A DNA stretch of 64,000 nt from Aulosira sp. ZfuVER01 (GTDB taxonomy: Bacteria; Cyanobacteriota; Cyanobacteriia; Cyanobacteriales; Nostocaceae), in NCBI GenBank assembly GCA_034530615.2, contig JAVRCV020000025.1:1-64000 (forward strand), written 5' to 3'. This document shows positions 60,715 to 64,000 of this stretch, one piece after another (positions within the stretch are counted from its first letter, which is position 1; every line of letters begins with the position of its first letter). Below the pieces are notes generated by a model. It saw nothing but the letters and a program-made list of their open reading frames with translations, was not told the DNA's origin and did not search any database. Made by a program: the position numbers and the translations under genes.

Positions 60715-61206
60715 TTAGGCAGGAATAACTTGCGCAATCAGTGAGCGTTTATCAAGTGATTGAACTTTGCCTACTTGACTGAGATCGCTAACAATACGTT
60801 CTAATAGTTCTCCAGCCTTTTCCCGATATTGATGTTCTCGACCTCGTAGCCGAATGGCAAACTTCACTGAATCGCCTTTTTTCAACCACACAAGCGCTTG
60901 CTCGATGCGTAAGTTGTAATCAGCTGCACCTACGTTTGGGCGGAACCGAACTTCCTTGACTGTGGGTCTAGCACTCTGTCCCTGACGCTTTTTCTTTTGA
61001 TACTGAAGCTTGCCATAGTTGAGGATCTTGGCAACTGGAGCGTCTTTGCCTTCAGACACTAGAACTAGGTCAAGCTCTACGCTCTGTGCGAGTTGTAGAG
61101 CTTCATAAGTATCTATCAGACCACGATTGTTATTTTCATGGTCAATCAAGAAGACTTGAGGTGACTTGATTTGCGAGTTAATTAGTTGCTTTTGGACTAC
61201 GATAAT
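60715..61206 (-). CDS. infC: Translation initiation factor IF-3, ATT start
   Basis: LDLVLVS....PVAKILNYGK, VKEVRFRP, GDSVK..IRLRGRE; frame extends 19 codons upstream of the ORF call to an ATT preceded by GAGAGG. Confidence 0.88.
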   Translation of the reverse strand: MIVVQKQLINSQIKSPQVFLIDHENNNRGLIDTYEALQLAQSVELDLVLVSEGKDAPVAKILNYGKLQYQKKKRQGQSARPTVKEVRFRPNVGAADYNLRIEQALVWLKKGDSVKFAIRLRGREHQYREKAGELLERIVSDLSQVGKVQSLDKRSLIAQVIPA

Positions 61207-61385
61207 GGTTTCCTCTCAATTTTTCAATACTTTACTTTGCAAGTGCAAGTAATGCCAATGTAACACAATGTCAGAGTTGGCAAGTTGTTACTTAGCGAAC
61301 AATGGCTTACATGAAGTTATATAAAGCTTTTGCCGTTTCCCTTCTAAAACTTGACCGCTATGCCATAGTGGTAAATGAGAGTTAA

Positions 61386-61488
61386 TTCGGTGACCTCGTT
61401 TGTTTTTAGTATTGACAGGCTTTTTGTTTTTGGTATTTACAGACTTTTCTCCGAAACTTAAATCTCTACATACTTATGATTTCGGAGA
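61386..61488 (+). promoter_or_regulatory. Conserved rbp 5'-leader boxes
   Basis: TTCGGTGA 61386, TTTGTTTTTAGT 61399, TCTCCGAA 61448, complementary TTCGGAGA 61481. Confidence 0.75.
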
Positions 61489-61494
61489 CAATCT

Positions 61495-61803
61495 ATGTCA
61501 GTTTATGTAGGCAATCTTTCTTATGAAGTTACAGAAGAAAGCTTGAATGCTGTGTTTGCAGAATATGGTTCTGTCAAGCGGGTTCAGCTACCCACAGACC
61601 GTGAAACTGGTCGTTTACGCGGCTTTGGTTTTGTGGAAATGGGTACAGATGCTGAAGAAACTGCTGCCATTGAAGCTCTCGATGGTGCAGAGTGGATGGG
61701 AAGAGACCTAAAAGTGAATAAGGCGAAGCCCAGAGAAGATAGAGGTTCGTTTGGTGGAAACCGCAATAATTACGGCGGTGGCGGCGGACGTAACCGTTAT
61801 TAA
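61495..61803 (+). CDS. rbp: RRM RNA-binding protein with Gly-rich tail (RbpA family)
   Basis: RNP2 VYVGNL, RNP1 RGFGFVEM, C-terminal GGGGGRNRY. Confidence 0.95.
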   Translation: MSVYVGNLSYEVTEESLNAVFAEYGSVKRVQLPTDRETGRLRGFGFVEMGTDAEETAAIEALDGAEWMGRDLKVNKAKPREDRGSFGGNRNNYGGGGGRNRY

Positions 61804-61863
61804 GCTTTAGCTTTAACTCTTTGAGTTAATCTGTTAGACAGCAAATTAATTTTCTGTATTCAC

Positions 61864-61892
61864 GGCTCAGGCATTTCTGCTTGAGCCTTTTT
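61864..61892 (+). terminator. Intrinsic terminator of rbp
   Basis: GGCTCAGGCA-TTTC-TGCTTGAGCC followed by TTTTT. Confidence 0.8.
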
Positions 61893-62081
61893 GATACAAA
61901 ATTTAGACTACAAATGAAAATGTCAGCTTGCTTGTTTTCCCTTCACGCCAGGTTTTGAAACAACCAAGCATGAAAATCTTAATCTTAAAACTTCTGCCCT
62001 TCGGGTTCAGCAGTTCACAATCGACGCAAAGCGCCAAGACTGCGACTGCTTCACCTTCTGCCTTATTTTCAAGCTAGCAGT

Positions 62082-62364
62082 TGTGGAAAATGTGGATAAC
62101 TTGTTGCTAATTAATTTGTCAAATAGTTTCGACATTTACTATTTGTGGAAAACTTGTGGAAAAACCCCCGAAGTTTTCCACAAGGTAATTATACTTACTT
62201 AAATTTTTCGCTAAAAAATATCAATTTTTCCTCAAAATTTTCCCCAAACAATAATTTTTTTTCACAAGATAATTAAATTTTAATAGATTTTTATACTTGG
62301 CTTAATATTCTTGCTGAATTAAACGACTTGGGAGGTGAATGACAATAGTGAAGGCTGTGGAAAA
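62082..62364. other. oriC: Replication origin oriC (DnaA-box cluster)
   Basis: TGTGGAAAA 62082, 62144, 62155, 62356; TGTGGATAA 62091; TTTTCCACA 62174; degenerate boxes 62226, 62238, 62258; AT-rich; directly downstream of dnaA. Confidence 0.88.
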
Positions 62365-62378
62365 CGGAAAGCCAATTA

Positions 62379-63761
62379 TCATGGGGATTTTTTAGAACGG
62401 CTATTCATGTTGATGCGATCGCTCAATTGGCGGAGAGTGGTTGCTAAAGTGCGATCGCTTTCTCGCAGTTGGGCAATTTTGTCACAACTGTAAATCACCG
62501 TTGTATGGTCTTTACCACCAAACTCTTCTCCAATTCTCGGCAAACTCAAATCCGTGTGTTGCCGCATAAGATACATACCTATTTGACGTGACCAGCTAAT
62601 TTCTCGCCGTCGGGAATTACTTTTCAGGTCTTCAATTGAAACTTCAAAAGCATCCGCAATTACCTGCAAAATTACCTCTGGAGTAGTTGCTACTTTCTCA
62701 CTGGGTGTTTCTAAAACTGGGGCAATACTTTCTACTGTCATTGGTAAACCCCAAATGGAAATATAAGCCAGTGCCCGAATTAAAGCTCCTTCCAACTCTC
62801 GAATATTAGAAGTGAAGTTAGAGGCAATATACTCAATGACATCTTTAGAAAGGCGAATTTGTTCGTATTCTGCTTTTTTCTGGAGAATGGCCATCCTAGT
62901 TTCTAAATCGGGAGGTTGAATATCGGCAATTAAACCCATAGAAAACCGGGAACATAGTCTTTCTTGGAGGCGGGGAATTTGGTTAGGAGGGCGGTCTGAG
63001 GCAATGACAACTTGCTTGCCAGCTTCATGTAAAGTATTAAAAGTATGAAAAAATTCTTCTTGGGTATACTCTTTACCCTCGATAAATTGAATGTCATCTA
63101 CTAACAACACATCAGCAGCCCGATAATGCTCTCTAAAACTTTGCATACTATCCTGACGGATTGCTGTAATTAAATCATTAGTAAACTGCTCAGTTGAAAC
63201 ATAAAATATTTTAGAATCAGGACAAATTTCCCAGCGATAATGTCCAATAGCTTGCATGAGATGAGTCTTGCCTAAACCAACTCCACCACATAAAAACAAA
63301 GGGTTAAACTCCCTACCTGGAGATTCTGCAACTGCTAATGAAGCAGCGTGAGCCATGCGGCTGTTTGCACCCACCACAAATCTAGAAAATACATACTTGG
63401 CGTTTAATTCTGTAGTTTTTTGTTTACTTTTAGCAATACTCTCAGAAACACTACTTTGATTTGGTAATTTCCAAGCAACTTCTCGTTCATGCAAATGCGG
63501 AACTTCATCACCTTGTGCAACGGTAATGTAAATTTCTACAGGATGCCCGAGAATATCTTGCACAACATGAGCAATGGTATTGATGTAATATTTCTGTAAC
63601 CAATTCCGAGCAAAAGGATTAGGAGTGCATACTACCAAGCAATTATTTTCTAATCGCTCTGCACTAGCAGTTTTAATCCAAGTTTCAAAGGTGGGACGGG
63701 ATAGTTCTAGCTGCAATCGCTCTAGTACCTGACTCCACAAATTGTCTATGGGAATTTCCAT
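62379..63761 (-). CDS. dnaA: Chromosomal replication initiator DnaA
   Basis: [43 protein letters not shown]. Confidence 0.98.
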   Translation of the reverse strand: MEIPIDNLWSQVLERLQLELSRPTFETWIKTASAERLENNCLVVCTPNPFARNWLQKYYINTIAHVVQDILGHPVEIYITVAQGDEVPHLHEREVAWKLPNQSSVSESIAKSKQKTTELNAKYVFSRFVVGANSRMAHAASLAVAESPGREFNPLFLCGGVGLGKTHLMQAIGHYRWEICPDSKIFYVSTEQFTNDLITAIRQDSMQSFREHYRAADVLLVDDIQFIEGKEYTQEEFFHTFNTLHEAGKQVVIASDRPPNQIPRLQERLCSRFSMGLIADIQPPDLETRMAILQKKAEYEQIRLSKDVIEYIASNFTSNIRELEGALIRALAYISIWGLPMTVESIAPVLETPSEKVATTPEVILQVIADAFEVSIEDLKSNSRRREISWSRQIGMYLMRQHTDLSLPRIGEEFGGKDHTTVIYSCDKIAQLRESDRTLATTLRQLSDRINMNSRSKKSP

Positions 63762-64000
63762 TTTTTACCACCTTTGCTGCTAATCGTCACAATAGAAGAT
63801 ATAAGCAAGCACCAATTTAGCACTCAGATGCTCTAGACCTGGAACAAGCTTTTAAGTTGTAATCATGTTGGGGCATACCCGGTAGGCAACATCCTACCAC
63901 CCACTGACTAACACGGAGAAGCAATGACACATGAAGATAAACAACATTTGTGCAGCCCAAGATATTGTTACAAAAGGTGTACCCCAGAGGCAGGAAAGAA

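Overview
Chromosomal window from a heterocyst-forming (Nostocales-type) cyanobacterium, judged from frequent HIP1 GCGATCGC sites, heptamer STRR-type repeats and the gene content. It ends at the replication origin (dnaA plus a cluster of DnaA boxes). In order it contains: the last codons of psbA; a DUF1778/GNAT toxin-antitoxin pair; a ~17 kb caspase-like (CHAT) envelope cluster (TpsB transporter, a GT2 glycosyltransferase-TpsA/FHA-Pro/Thr-linker-CHAT fusion, TPR-CHAT, DUF1822, CHAT-CHASE2, DUF928) interrupted by a putative Cys-His-Asp effector gene; an orphan antitoxin with a broken RelE toxin; polysaccharide genes; cobU, an HtrA protease and an alcohol dehydrogenase; an AT-rich NACHT island with 10-bp-phased repeat arrays, a tandem His-less HisKA-like protein and a candidate antisense-RNA/small membrane protein unit; and core genes (prlC, hisD, fbaA, tRNA-Lys, pdhA, ftn2, an ArsA/Get3 ATPase, an AphC-like photoreceptor kinase, dnaN, an infC with ATT start, an rbp gene, oriC, dnaA). 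The best candidates for an undescribed system are the GT2-TpsA-CHAT/CHAT-CHASE2 cluster and the NACHT island. All assignments come from reading motifs by eye; no database searches were run.
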